A stretch of DNA of 64,000 nucleotides from Eledone cirrhosa. Taxonomy: Eukaryota. The notes below the pieces were generated by a model. That model was not told the origin of the DNA. It saw only the letters and a list, made by a program, of their open reading frames with translations, and did not search any database. Location: assembly GCA_964016885.1 (NCBI GenBank), contig OZ024749.1, positions 14,074,001 to 14,138,000 of the forward strand, in the 5' to 3' direction. This document shows, piece after piece, positions 10,489 through 25,630 of this stretch (position 1 is its first letter; the number at the start of each line of letters is the position of its first letter). The translations under genes were made by a program, and so were the position numbers.

Positions 10489-10947
10489 GTTATATATCAT
10501 CATCATCATCATTTTACGTTCGCTTTTCCCTGCTTGCAAGGGTGGGACGGGAACTGATTCTGGCTTGATTTCTACAGCATGGAAAATAGACATTAAAGGA
10601 CGAGGATGATGATATCTATGCATATTTGATTTAGAATAGGTACATCATATCCCAGCATGTCATCAGAAGAGACTAAAAGGGTTAGTGCCAAGAAAGGGCA
10701 TCCATCTCTCTTGAAAACATTGTCACTCAACCCATGTCTTCTTCTTCTTCTTGCTCCTGCTCAACGAGGCTGAGGTGATGCTAAGCATCATCGTGCGTAC
10801 AGTTGACCCGCTCCACTACCTAACCCATGTGCTGATACAAATGAACCGGTTCATTTTCATTGACACATGGGTTGAACAAGTTGGTCCTCAAGACAAACAA
10901 AACGCATGTGCATGATATGGCGCAGTTGCAGTAATTGGCCTTAATAT

Positions 10948-11830
10948 TATCATCATCATCACCATTTTACGTCCATTCTTCCATGCTAGCATGGGTTAGA
11001 TGAGTTATCCTGTTGTGAGCAATGCTAGGTCAGGTGATCATGTCTTGCTCATACAGAACTGATTTTGGCTTGATTTCTTCAGCTGGATGCTCTTCCTAAC
11101 ATCAACCTCATTTACAGTGAGTACTGGGTGCTTTTTACCGTGACACCTACACGACCACTTTACAGTGAGTACTGGGTGCTTTTTACCGTGACACCTACAC
11201 GACCACTTTACAGTGAGTACTGGGTGCTTTTTACCGTGACACCTACACGACCACTTTACAGTGAGTACTGGGTGCTTTTTACCGTGACACCTACACGACC
11301 ACTTTACAGTGAGTACTGGGTGCTTTTTACCGTGACACCTACACGACCACTTTACAGTGAGTACTGGGTGCTTTTTACCGTGACACCTACACGACCACTT
11401 TACAGTGAGTACTGGGTGCTTTTTACCGTGCCACCTACAGTACCACTTTACAGTGTGGACTGGGTGCTTTTTACTGTGACACCTACACGACCACTTTACA
11501 GTATGGACTGGGTGCTTTTTACCGTGACACCTACACGACCACTTTACAGTGTGGACTGGGTGCTTTTTACCGTGACACCTACACGACCACTTTACAGTGT
11601 GGACTGGGTGCTTTTTACTGTGACACCTACATGACCACTTTACAGTGAGTACTGGGTGCTTTTTTTGTCATGACACCTCCATGCCCACTTTACAGTAGGA
11701 GGCGGTGGGGGCATACTGTCTAAATGCTTCAGCTTCGGCTTGTACCCATGGGAGGTCGGGTGTTCTGTATAAGTGCATAACGCCAGAGGTCAGTCTTGTA
11801 TCATCACCTTTGAGAGGTGCAATTGGGCAA
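10948..11830 (-). mobile_element. 5'-truncated RTE 3' end (family of the 61-64 kb element) with an internal 48-bp tandem expansion
   Basis: 11740-11830 matches 61300-61390; (ATG)n tail at ~10948. Confidence 0.8.
11113..11695. repeat. 48-bp minisatellite (~12 copies) derived from the RTE/SINE 3' UTR
   Basis: Unit TACAGTGAGTACTGGGTGCTTTTTACCGTGACACCTACACGACCACTT; 16-aa periodic ORF. Confidence 0.92.
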
Positions 11831-11989
11831 GAAATAATTATATTCAGACTTTAGTTGCTCTACACCTTGTATTTTTACCTACTTCTTACTATGTTATATC
11901 TCTGGGGTCATACCTCTCCACACTTGAATTCAAAAGCTAGACCTAATGTATATTGTTGCTTACTAACAGTGACAACCCAGTCAACACCT

Positions 11990-12458
11990 GTATATATATA
12001 TTTATACACACATACACACATATATATACACACATACACACACACATATATATTCACACATACACATAGACACACACACACACACATATATATATACACA
12101 CATACACGCACACATATATATACACACATACACACACACACACACACACACATATATATTATACACACACACACACATATATATATATACACACACACAT
12201 ATATACACACATACACACACACATATATATACACATACACACACATATATATGCACACATACACACACACACATATATACACACACATATATATATATAC
12301 ACACATACACACACACATCTATATATACACACATACACACACATACAGACACACACACACACACTCACACACATACATATACAGAGTTGTATATGCACTC
12401 ACACATAGTACATATATAGATATATACATATATATACATATATATAGATATATATATA

Positions 12459-12502
<44 letters not shown>

Positions 12503-13520
12503 CATATATATACACATATATAGATATACATATATATATGTGGGTGTATAGTAAAGTATGGTGGGTGTATAATTAATTCCTTAACAGCTTATACATACCT
12601 ACACCTTTCTATCCCACACACAAACACACACACATATATTTATATGTATATACTCACACACACACACATATATATATATGTACATACGCACACACATGTA
12701 TGTATATACTCACACACACATATATATGTATATATACTCACACACACACACATACATATATATATATATGTATACACTCACACACACACACATATATATA
12801 TGTATACACTCACACACACATATATAAATATGTATATATACTCACACACACACATACATATATGTATACACTCACACACACACACATATATATATATATA
12901 TGTATACACTCACACACACACATACATATATATATGTATACACTCACACACACACAGATATATATATATATGTATATATACTCACACACATATATATATA
13001 TATGTATACACACATATATATATATGTATACACTCACACACACACATATATATATGTATATATACTCACACACACACATATATATGTATATGCTCACACA
13101 CACACATATATATATGTATATATACTCACACACACACATATATATATGTATGTATACACTCACACACACATATATATATATAAGTATACACTCACACACA
13201 CATGTATATATGTATACACTCACACACATTTTATTATCACATATATATATATATAAGTATACACTCACACACACACACACATATATATATATGTATACAC
13301 TCACACACGCACATATATGTATACACTCACACACGCACATATATGTATACACTCACACACGCACATATATGTATACACTCACACACGCACATATATGTAT
13401 ACACTCACACACACACATATATGTATACACTCACACATACACATATATGTATACACTCACACATACACATATATGTATACACTCACACACACATATATAT
13501 ATGTACACTCACACATACTC
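11990..13520. repeat. (CA)/(TA) compound microsatellites
   Basis: Direct inspection. Confidence 0.9.
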
Positions 13521-13559
13521 TCTCTTCTATCTCATAATCCCCCTCTCTGCCATAAAGTT

Positions 13560-15377
13560 ACTGCTGCTACTATCACACCACCACTACCATCTCTACTACT
13601 ACACTTACTATAACCTTTACTATCAACAACATCACCATAACCACCACTACTATCATCACTACTACACCATCCATAACCACCACTGTCTCCAACACCACTA
13701 CTATCTCTACAACTACACCTACTATAACCATTACTATCACCACTACTATCACCACTACCACCATCCATCACTACTATCGCCAGTACTATAGCAGCTGTCA
13801 CCATCACCACCATTACCACCACCACTACTATCACCACTACTGGAGCCACTACCACCACTACTACCACCCCTACTATAGCAGCTGTCACCATCACCACCAC
13901 TACCACCACCACCACTACTATCACCACTACTGGAGCTACTACCACCACTACTACCACCCCTACTACAGCATCTGTCACCATCACCACCACTACCACCACC
14001 ACCACCACTACTGGAGCTACTACCACCACTACTATCACCACTACTGGAGCTACTACCACTACTACTACCACCCTTACTACAGCATCAGTCACCATCACAC
14101 CCACTACCACCACCACCACTACTACCACCCTTACTACAGCATCTGTCACCATCACCACCACTACTATCATCACTACTACAGCATTTGTCCCCATCACCAC
14201 CACAACTACTACCACCACTACTGTGGCTACTACCACCACTACTACAGCATCTATTGCTACTACTACTGTTGCTACTGCTACTACTACTACAGCTGTTAAT
14301 TCTGCTACTGTTCTATCACAGCCAAGTTGCTTCGCTCTTCTGCCAGATATGATGATGGCTATTATGTCTACTACATCTTCAGCCATCACCACCATGCCAC
14401 CACAGCAACCATTGACACCAACACCACCACCACAGCAACCATTGACACCAACACCACCACCACAGCAACCATTGACACCAACACCACCACCACAGCAACC
14501 ATTGACACCAACACCTCTACCACCACAGCAACCATTGACACCAACACCACCACCACCACCACAGCAACCATTGACACCAACACCAACACCTCTACCACCA
14601 CAGCAACCATTGACACCACCACCACCACAGCAACCATTGACACCAACACCACCACCACAGCAACCATTGACACCAACACCTCTATCACCAACACTACACC
14701 ACCATAACAATACCATCTCAACACCACCAACACTACACCACCATAACACCACCATCTCAACACCAACACCGCCACCAACACGCCACCATAATAAACACCA
14801 CAACACCACCATCACTACACTACCACAACCATTGCCACCAAAACCCCCACTGCCATCACAATACCACCATCAAAACCACAACATTATCACCACACCACTA
14901 CGACCATTAACACCACCACCACCACCACCTCGACCATCACATAAACACAACCGCCATAAACACCACAACACCACCACACCGCCACGACCATTAACAAAAC
15001 CACCACCACCTCCACCATTACACAAACACTCCCACAATCGACACCACAACAACACCATCACCGCACCACCACGATCACACCAACACCACAACACCACCAT
15101 TTCCACACCAGCGCTACCACCAGCACCACCACCATCATACCAACACTACCAATATCCACCCCACCACAACACCGGCACCATATTACCATCACCACCGTTA
15201 TCACCACCACCACCGCTACCACCTTCACCACCACATCACCACATCGACACCACATCACCACCATTATCACCACCACCATTGCCATCACCCCCTCCACCAT
15301 TAACACCACCAACACTACCACACCAACACTATCAACGCTACACCACCGCATCACACCCCAATCAACACCACCACCAC

Positions 15378-15409
<32 letters not shown>

Positions 15410-16412
15410 CAGCAACAACATACCACATTCCGTGGCGGCTTTAGTGTCTGCATATTCTTCCTGCACTGCACCTCCACCTTCACTACCATCACACCACCAC
15501 CACCACCATGATCCCCACTACACAAACACCACACCTCCACCATCAGCACAGTCACGACTCCACCAACACAACAACAACAACACCACATCACCACCATTAG
15601 ACCAACCATCACAATACCAGCACCACCCCAACACCACACCACCATCACCACAACACCACCAGCACCACAACAGCACACCACCACCATCACACCACCACTA
15701 CCATCATGAAGACTACAACAGCACACCTGCACCACACCAACACCAACACCACACCAGCAACAACACCACACCACCAGCATCCCCCTACAACCACCACCAC
15801 TACCAACAACACCACAACACCACCACCAACACCACACCACCATCATCACCACCAGCATCACCACACCACCAACAACAACACCACACTACCACCAACACAC
15901 CACCAACACACCACCACCAACACCACTACCAACACCACAACACCACCACCAACACATCACCTCCATCATCACCACACCAACAACACCACACTACCACCAC
16001 CACACCACCAACACACCACCACCAACACCACTACCAACACCACAACACCACCACCAACACATCACCTCCATCATCACCACCGTCATCACCACCACACCAC
16101 CACCAACAACACCACTACAAACACCACAACACCACCACCAACACACCACTGCCATCATCACCACCGTCATCACCACACCACCACCAACAACACGACTACC
16201 AACACCACCACACCACCACCAATACATCACCACCATCACCACCAGCATCACCACACCACTACCACCAACACCACTACCACCAACACCACTACACCACCAC
16301 CTACACACCACCGCCATCACCACCACACCACTACCAACACCACGACACCACCAACACACCACCGCCATCACCACCATCATCACCATACCAACACCACACC
16401 ACCACCACCACC
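13560..16412. repeat. (CCA)/(CAC)/(CTA)-rich low-complexity region
   Basis: Degenerate trinucleotide repeats with local 30-bp and longer units. Confidence 0.85.
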
Positions 16413-16476
16413 AAAATACCCCATTCTTCAACAACAATGACTTTTGTGTCTATATATTCTAATCTTTCATTGACAG

Positions 16477-16541
16477 ACCAACCTGTGAAGGATCCCCAAA
16501 ATGGTCGCTACACCATGGCGCCAAATGACAACTCCGAAGAG
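16477..16541 (+). CDS. Probable 5' exon of the anoctamin gene (..QPVKDPQNGRYTMAPNDNSEE)
   Basis: Unique-sequence island with acceptor ctttcattgacag and donor GAG|gtaatt; in-frame CACCATGG at 16511-16518; ends in phase 0, compatible with downstream exons. Confidence 0.55.
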
Positions 16542-16885
16542 GTAATTCACCTTACTTTATCTTATTCTACCTCATCTCTCGCTCTCTCTCTCACCTTCTC
16601 CTACATACACACACTCTCTCTCTCTCTCTGTCTCTCTCTCTCTGTCTCTCTGTCTCTCTCTCTGTCACTCTCTCTCTCTCACTCTGAATCTCTCTCTCTC
16701 TGTCTCTCTGTCTCTCTGTCTGTGTCTCTCTTTCTCTCTGTGTCTCTCTCTCCCTGTGTCTCTCTTTCTCTCTCTTTCTCTCTCCCTCTCTCTCACACAC
16801 TCTTACTAATCTTTATCTCTCTCTCCCTCTCTCTCAGACCCTCTCTTTCTCATTTTCTTCTAATCTATCTATCTATCTCTCCTTA

Positions 16886-16920
<35 letters not shown>

Positions 16921-17113
16921 AAAAAGAAATATATCTATCTATCTATATATCTATCTGTCTATATATCTATCTGTCTATATATATCTATCTATATATATAT
17001 CTATCTATATATCTATCTATCTATCTTTATATCTGTCTTTATATCTGTCTATATATCTATCTATATATCTATCTATTTATCTATCTATCTATCTTTATAT
17101 CTGTCTATATATA

Positions 17114-17300
17114 AGGGCGGTGGATTGGCAGTATTGATAGAGGGTCGGGCGCCATGCTTTGACGCATAGAGTTACGGCCCTTGCCATTCTGAGTTCAAAT
17201 CCCGCCGAGGTTAACTTTGCCTTTCATCCTTATGGGGTCGATAAAATAAAGTACCAGTAATACACTGGGTAATTGCTGGACTTGTGCCAAAAGTAGAAAC
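17114..17300 (+). mobile_element. tRNA-derived SINE family A
   Basis: GGCGGTGGATTGGCAG head, B-box GAGTTCAAATCCC, conserved GCCTTTCATCCT..GGGGTCGATAAAAT..GTACCAG body. Confidence 0.8.
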
Positions 17301-17773
17301 ATTTATATCTGTCTATATATCTGTCTATATATCTGTCTATATATCTATCTGTCTATATATATATCTGTCTATATATCTATCTATCTATATATCTATCTAT
17401 CAATATATCTATCTATATATCTATCTGTCTATATATATATCTGTCTATCTATCTATATATATATATCAATATAGCTATCTATATATCTATCTATCTATAT
17501 ATCTATCTATATATCTATCTTTATATCTGTCACTTTGTATTTCTATTCACCTCTCTCTCACTCTCTCTCTTTATAACTGTGTATGTGTGTGCATGTATTT
17601 ATATATATCTATATATATATGTGTGTGTGTGTGTGCATGCACGCATGTATGCACATGCATTTATATATATACATATGAGTGTTTGTGTGTATGTGTGAGT
17701 CTGCATGTGCATGCATTTATATATTTATATATATATATATATATATAAATGTGTGTGTGTGTGTGTTTGTATA

Positions 17774-17851
17774 CAGGGTGTCCCCCAAAAATGTATACAC
17801 ATATTTATTAGAATGTTGTTGAAATGTGTATACATTTTTGAGGACACCCTG
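17774..17851. mobile_element. Tc1/mariner-type MITE (78 bp)
   Basis: TA|CAGGGTGTCCCCCAAAAATGTATACACAT...ATGTGTATACATTTTTGAGGACACCCTG|TA: terminal inverted repeats with TA target duplication. Confidence 0.85.
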
Positions 17852-19041
17852 TATATATATGTGTGTATGTGTATGTCCATGCATATATATATGTGTGTGT
17901 ATGTGTATGTCCATACATACATATATATATATGTGTGTATGTGTATGTCCATACATATATATGTGTATGTGTATGTCCATACATATATATATGTGTATGT
18001 GTATGTCCATACATATATATGTGTGTATGTGTATGTCTATATATATGTGTGTATGTCTGTATATATATATGTATGTGTATGTCCATACATATATATATGT
18101 GTGTATGTGTATGTACATGCATATATATATATGTGTATGTGTATGTCGATACATATGTGTGTGTATGTGTATGTCCATACATATATATGTGTGTGTATGT
18201 GTATGTCCATACATATATATATATGTATGTGTATATGTGTATGTCCATACACGTGTGTATGTGTATGTCCATACATATATATATGTATGTGTATGTCCAT
18301 ACATATATATTTATGTATGTGTATGTCCATACATATATATATATATGTATGTGTATGTCCACACACATATATATATGTGTATGTCCATACATATGTATGT
18401 GTATGTCCACACACATATATATATATATGTGTATGTCCATACATATGTATGTGTATGTCCACACATATATATATATATGTGTATGTCCATACATATGTAT
18501 GTGTATGTCCACACATATATATATATATGTGTATGTCCATACATATGTATGTGTATGTCCACACACACATATATATATATGTGTATGTGTATGTCCACAC
18601 ATATATATCTGTATGTCCACACACATATATATATATATGTGTATGTGTATGTCCACACACATATATATGTGTATGTGTATGTCCATACATATATGTGTAT
18701 CTGTATGTCCATACATATGTATCTGTATGTGTATGTATGTATCCCATGCCAAACTATATTTAAACGTGTTTCCCAGTTTCCTTTCGCACATCACAGAAAA
18801 CATTTTAAAATACTTTACACTGACATGTGACAAAACCCACGTTACAAATTATACAAACACTCTCTCTCTTTCTCTCTTTCTCTCTTTCTCTCTCTCTCTC
18901 TCTCTCCCGCTCTCTCTCTCTACCATTCAAGTCTCTCTATCTCTCTCAAGTATCTCAGTCTGTCTTTCTCTCTCTCTCTGTACTGTTCAAGTCTCTCTCT
19001 CTCTCTCTCTCCCACACTCTTTCTCTCTCTCCCACTCTCTG

Positions 19042-19072
<31 letters not shown>

Positions 19073-19109
19073 GTACTGTTAAAGACTCTCTCTCTTTCTC
19101 TCTATTGTT

Positions 19110-19154
<45 letters not shown>

Positions 19155-19485
19155 TGTTCAAATCTCTCTCTCTCTCTCTCTCTCTCAATTATTTCCTACA
19201 ATTATTTCCTATATTACAAATAACTCCCACCTGGAAGAATTAACTCTTTGAACAAGGAAAAAATATATATATATCGACAGTCGATCGACTTTCATCAAAT
19301 CGGACCGAGGAAACAATGTTTCCATTGATCTTTCCAATTGTTGATGCTATCTATCGGTCGAAACTCCAGGTAGAAGGAGCAATGTGAAATAAAGTGTCTT
19401 GCTCAAGGACATAAAGCATCGCCTGGTCCAAGAATCGAACTCACAATTGCGAATTCAATTCTCTAACCACTCAGCCACGTGCCTC

Positions 19486-19527
<42 letters not shown>

Positions 19528-19856
19528 CATATATTTATTTACATATATATATAGTAATAATAATAAATTTGAAGACTAAAATCCAAAGAGGGCTCGATAA
19601 GGATAAATATATATCAAATATATATATATATATATATATCATCAATCTTCCACGCTACCATGGGTTACACACATATATATACATATATATACACACACAG
19701 ATACACAGAGAGATGGAGGAGCAATAAAAACTATCAACATATATATATATACATATATATATATGTGTACAAATGTATGTATGTTTATATATATATATAT
19801 ACATATGTGCGTGGGTGTGTTACATCATTACATCCTCTCTCAATTTCTGTGTATTT

Positions 19857-20186
19857 CATCATCATTTTACGTCCGCTTTTCCTTGCTTGCAAGGGTGGGA
19901 CGGGAACTGATTCTGGCTTGATTTCTACATCTGGATACCCTTCCTAACACCAACCTCATTTACAGTGAGTGCTGGCTGCTTTATTGCCGTGGCACCTCCA
20001 CGACCACTTTACAGTGGAATGATAGGGACCCCAGTCCTATCATCTCATTTCTACAGCTGAGTAAACTGGAGCAATGTGAAATAAAGTGTCTTGCTCAAGG
20101 AAACAACACATCACCCGGTCTGAGAATTGAACTCACAACCTTTCGATTGCAAAGCCAATGCTCTAACCACTAAGCCATGTGTCTCC
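19857..20186 (-). mobile_element. tRNA-derived CORE-like SINE family B with RTE 3' tail
   Basis: A-box TGGCTTAGTGG, B-box GAGTTCAATTC, CORE-like CCTTGAGCAAGACACTT...CAGCTGTAGAAATGAG, tail CCCACCCTTGCAAGCA..AAAAGCGGACGTAAAATGATG. Confidence 0.85.
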
Positions 20187-20478
20187 ATATATGTGTGTGT
20201 ATATATGTATGTGGGTATTTGAGTGTCATGTTAAAGTCTATCCATTCTCTTTTTGTGTGTGTATATGTGTGTATATATATGTGGGTGTTTGTGTCATATC
20301 TCTCTTTCTCTCTTCCTCTCTCTTTCTCTTTATGTATATGTGATGTTTGTGTATACATGTGGGAGTTTCTATGTCATTTTAAAACCTCCCTCAATCTCTC
20401 TCTATATATAGACACATATATACATACATATATATATATATATATGTATATATATATGTATATATATACTTAATGAGT

Positions 20479-20732
20479 GAAGGCGCATAGCTTAGTGGTT
20501 AGAGCATTGGGCGTGCAATCGAAAGGTTGTGAGTTCAATTCTCGGACCGGGTGATGTAGTGTTTCCTTGAGCAAGACACTTTATTTCACGTTGCTCCAGT
20601 TTACTCAGCTGTAGAAATGAGTACCAGCCTTCCCGCCCAGCCAGTGGGATGGCGTCATCTTATGGCTAAAACAGCACGACGTGCTGTGACCAGCGGCGCC
20701 GCTTGGCGCCCGACAGACTGGTCGGTCAAGGT
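20479..20732 (+). mobile_element. CORE-like SINE with the same head and core but a different 3' tail
   Basis: Matches family B up to GTAGAAATGAG, then an unrelated GC-rich tail. Confidence 0.7.
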
Positions 20733-20970
20733 GATATACTTAATGATATATGTATTATATATATATATATATATACTTAATGATATATGTATTATATATG
20801 TATATATATATATATATATATATACTTAATGATATATATATATATATATGTATATATATAAATACATATATATATATATATATATACTTAATGATATATG
20901 TATTATATATGTATATATATATATATATATATACTTAATGATATATATATATATGTATATATATAAATAC

Positions 20971-21005
<35 letters not shown>

Positions 21006-21545
21006 AATACATATATATATATATATATACATACTTAATGATATATGTATTATATATGTATATATATATATTTATATATATATATATCTGTGTATGTGTA
21101 TATATGTGTGTATATGTATGTGTGTATATATGTGTGTATATGTATGTGTGTATATATGTGAATATATGTATGTGTATATATGTGTGTGTGTGTATGTGTG
21201 TGTATGTATATATATATATGTGTATATATATATGTGTGTGTATATATCTCCCTCTATCTCTATCATCATCATATGTCCTTTATCCATGCCAGTGTGGGTT
21301 TAACAGGTTTACTTCACCAACACAGTCCTCCTCCACATGTCTTCTTTGTGAAGTGCTGGGTTTCCGCTGTGTGTTTGTGTGTGTCTGAGTGTGTGTGTGT
21401 TTCTGTGCGTGTCTGTTTGTGTGTGTGTGTGTCTGTGTGTGTGTCTGTGTGTGTGTTTCTGTGTGTGTGTGTGTGTGTGTGTGTTTGTTTGTGTCTGTGT
21501 GTGTCATTTTTAAGTCTTTATAACTTTCTCTGTGTCTCTTTATAT

Positions 21546-21596
<51 letters not shown>

Positions 21597-21944
21597 TAGC
21601 GTGGAAAGTGGACGTTAAACGAGGATGATGATGATGATATATATATATATATAATGCGAAGAAATACCAATGATAGTCAGCAGACCATTGATGATGGACA
21701 GTCCCATTTCTCGGTCTATTTTCATATATATATATATATATATATATTTAAGAAAAATTAGGGTTTTTAAAAAAAAAAAAGAAAAAGAAAAAAAACCAGC
21801 TGTCCTACAAAGTGAAAGTATAAAGAAAAGAAATCGAAAATGCAACTGGAGTCTTTTTAACAATATTTATTTGTTTCCTTTAATGGTTTCACAGTTCTTA
21901 AGCTTGAGATGGAGGGGTTGCTGTTTGTCTCGCATGCGAGACTA

Positions 21945-24322
21945 ACCACAAACACTCCATCTCAACCACAAACCCACCATCTCAACCACAAACCCTCCAT
22001 CTCAACCACAAACCCTCAATCTCAACCACAAACCCTCCATCTCAACCACAAACCCTCCATCTCAACCACAAACCCTCCATCTCAACCACAAACCCTCCAT
22101 CTCAACCACAAACCCTCCATCTCAACCACAAACCCTCCATCTCAACCACAAACCCACCATCTCAACCACAAACCCTTCATCTCAACTACAAACCCTTCAT
22201 CTCAACTACAGACCCTTCATCTCAACTACAGACCCTCCATCTCAACTACAACCCTTCATCTCAAATACAAACCCTTCATCTCAACTACAGACCCTTCATC
22301 TCAACTACAAACCCTTCATCTCAACTACAGACCCTTCATCTCAACTACAAACCCTCCATCTCAACCACAAACCCACCATCTCAACCACAAACCCTTCATC
22401 TCAACTACAAACCCTTCATCTCAACTACAAACCCTTCATCTCAACTACAAACCCTTCATCTCAACTACAAACCCTTCATCTCAACTACAAACCCTTCATC
22501 TCAACTACAGACCCTTCATCTCAACTACAGACCCTCCATCTCAACTACAAACCCTTCATCTCAACTACAAATCCTTCATCTCAACTACAAACCCTTCATC
22601 TCAACTACAGACCCTTCATCTCAACTACAGACCCTTCATCTCAACTACAAACCCTTCATCTCAACTACAAACCCTTCATCTCAACTACAAACCCTTCATC
22701 TCAACTACAGACCCTCCATCTCAACCACAAACCCTCCATCTCAACCACAAACCCTCCATCTCAACTACAAACCCTTCATCTCAACTACAAATCCTTCATC
22801 TCAACTACAAACCCTTCATCTCAACTACAAACCCTCCATCTCAACTACAAATCCTTCATCTCAACTACAAACCCTTCATCTCAACTACAAACCCTTCATC
22901 TCAACTACAGACCCTTCATCTCAACTACAAACCCTTCATCTCAACTACAAACCCTTCATCTCAACTACAAACCCTTCATCTCAACTACAGACCCTCCATC
23001 TCAACCACAAACCCTCCATCTCAACCACAAACCCTCCATCTCAACTACAAACCCTTCATCTCAACTACAAATCCTTCATCTCAACCACAAACACTCCATC
23101 TCAACCACAAACCCTCCATCTCAACCACAAACCCTCCATCTCAACCACAAACCCTCCATCTCAACCACAAACCCACCATCTCAACCACAAACCCTTCATC
23201 TCAACCACAAACCCTTCATCTCAACTACAAACCCTTCATCTCAACTACAAACCCTTCATCTCAACTACAGACCCTTCATCTCAACTACAGACCCTCCATC
23301 TCAACTACAAACCCTTCATCTCAACTACAAACCCTTCATCTCAACTACAAACCCTTCATCTCAACTACAAACCCTTCATCTCAACTACAGACCCTTCATC
23401 TCAACTACAAACCCTTCATCTCAACTACAAACCCTTCATCTCAACTACAAACCCTTCATCTCAACTACAGATCCTTCATCTCAACTACAAACCCTCCATC
23501 TCAACCACAAACCCTCCATCTCAACTACAAACCCTTCATCTCAACTACAAACCCTTCATCTCAACTACAGACCCTTCATCTCAACTACAGACCCTCCATC
23601 TCAACTACAAACCCTTCATCTCAACTACAAATCCTTCATCTCAACTACAAACCCTTCATCTCAACTACAAACCCTTCATCTCAACTACAAACCCTTCATC
23701 TCAACTACAGACCCTTCATCTCAACTACAAACCCTCCATCTCAACCACAAACCCACCATCTCAACCACAAACCCTTCATCTCAACTACAAACCCTTCATC
23801 TCAACTACAAACCCTTCATCTCAACTACAGACCCTTCATCTCAACTACAGACCCTCCATCTCAACTACAAACCCTTCATCTCAACTACAAATCCTTCATC
23901 TCAACTAGAAACCCTTCATCTCAACTACAAACCCTCCATCTCAACCACAAACCCTCCATCTTAACCACAAACCCTCCATCTCAACCACAAACCCTCCATC
24001 TCAACCACAAACCCTCCATCTCAACCACAAACCCACCATCTCAACCACAAACACTCCATCTCAACCACAAACCCTCCATCTCAACCACAAACCCACCATC
24101 TCAACCACAAACCCACCATCTCAACCACAAACCCACCATCTCAACCACAAACCCTCCATCTCAACCACAATCCCTCCATCTCAACCACAAACCCTCCATC
24201 TTAACCACAAACCCTCCATCTCAACCACAAACCCTCCATCTCAACCACAAACCCTCCATCTCAACCACAAACCCTCCATCTCAACCACAAACCCTCCATC
24301 TCAACCACAAACCCTCCATCTC
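21945..24322. repeat. 20-bp minisatellite (CTCAACYACAAACCCTYCAT), roughly 118 copies
   Basis: Direct inspection; explains the 825-aa periodic ORF. Confidence 0.95.
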
Positions 24323-24431
24323 AATTTTACTTTTGAAAAGCATAAGATCTGTGAAAGTGTTAAAGGAAATAAATAAATATTCTTAAAAAGACTCGAGTTG
24401 TATTTTCGATTTCTTCTTATATATATATATG

Positions 24432-24490
<59 letters not shown>

Positions 24491-24532
24491 CTCTCAGTCT
24501 CTATATTTCTCTGTGTTACTCTGTCTGTGTGT

Positions 24533-24582
<50 letters not shown>

Positions 24583-25369
24583 ATATATATATATCCTCTC
24601 TCTAACACACTCTCTCCTTCTCTAACACACACACTCTCTCTCTCTCTATATATATCCTCTCTCTAACACACTCTCTCTTTCTCTAACACACTCTCTCCTT
24701 CTCTATCACACACACACACTTTCTCTCTCCAGTCTACACTGTATTTCACTGTCTTTGTCTTTCTTGAATTTCTTTCAGCTAGAGGTTTTTCTTCAGATTT
24801 TTCAAATTGATATTCATTCCTCACACTCATTTCTCACACTCATTCCTCACACTCATTCCTCACACTCATTTCTCACACTCACTCATTCCTCCTACTCATT
24901 CATCTCACTCAATTCTCCCACACACTCAATTCTCCCACTCACTCATTCCTTTCACTCATACCTCCCACTCACTCCTCCCACTCACTTGTTCTTCTCCCTC
25001 ATTTCTCCCTCTCACTCATTCCTCTCACTTATTCTTCTCACTCATTCCTCCCTCTCACTCATTCCTCACACTCATTCTTCTCACTCATTCCTCCCTCTCA
25101 CTCAGTCCTCCCTCTCACTCAGTCCTCAAACTCACTCAGTCTTCCCACTTACTCATTCCCCTGTGTGTATGTGTGTCTATATGTGTGTGTATATGTGTAT
25201 GTGTCTGAGTGTGTGTGTGAGAATGTTTGTGTGTTATAGCATGCTGCAGATTTCAAGCCCTTAGCAAGGGCTAGTAGCTAAATCCAGTTTTTTTTTCTCA
25301 CATAGTTTATTTTATTTCTTAGTAAAAGATCGCAACTTATCTAAGAGTATATATAGATATATATAAGAT

Positions 25370-25630
25370 AATGAGATCGAGATCGTGTAGGTGTCACAAC
25401 AAAAACACACACAGTCCACGCTGTAATGTGGCCGTGTAGGTAACCCAGTCCACACTGTAAATGTAGTTGGTGTTAGGAAGAGCATCCAGTCGTAGAAAAC
25501 CTGCCAGATAGTCCTATATGAGCGAGACATGATCACCCAACCTACCTTGCTTCAAGTGGGACAACTCCTGTCTAACCCATGCTAGCGTGGAAAGTGGACG
25601 TTAAACGAAGATGATGATGATGACGATGAT
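25370..25630 (+). mobile_element. RTE 3'-UTR fragment
   Basis: Matches 44305-44555 and 860-1130; (ATG)n tail. Confidence 0.75.

Noticed and set aside
11113-11695. CRISPR-like regular array
   Set aside because: Units are contiguous with no unique spacers, derive from a retroelement UTR, and the DNA is eukaryotic.
14223-16922. 899-aa Pro/His/Thr-rich ORF
   Set aside because: Low-complexity repeat that lacks stops by composition; only 16477-16541 has exon signals.
21909-24386. 825-aa periodic ORF
   Set aside because: Translation of a 20-bp minisatellite.
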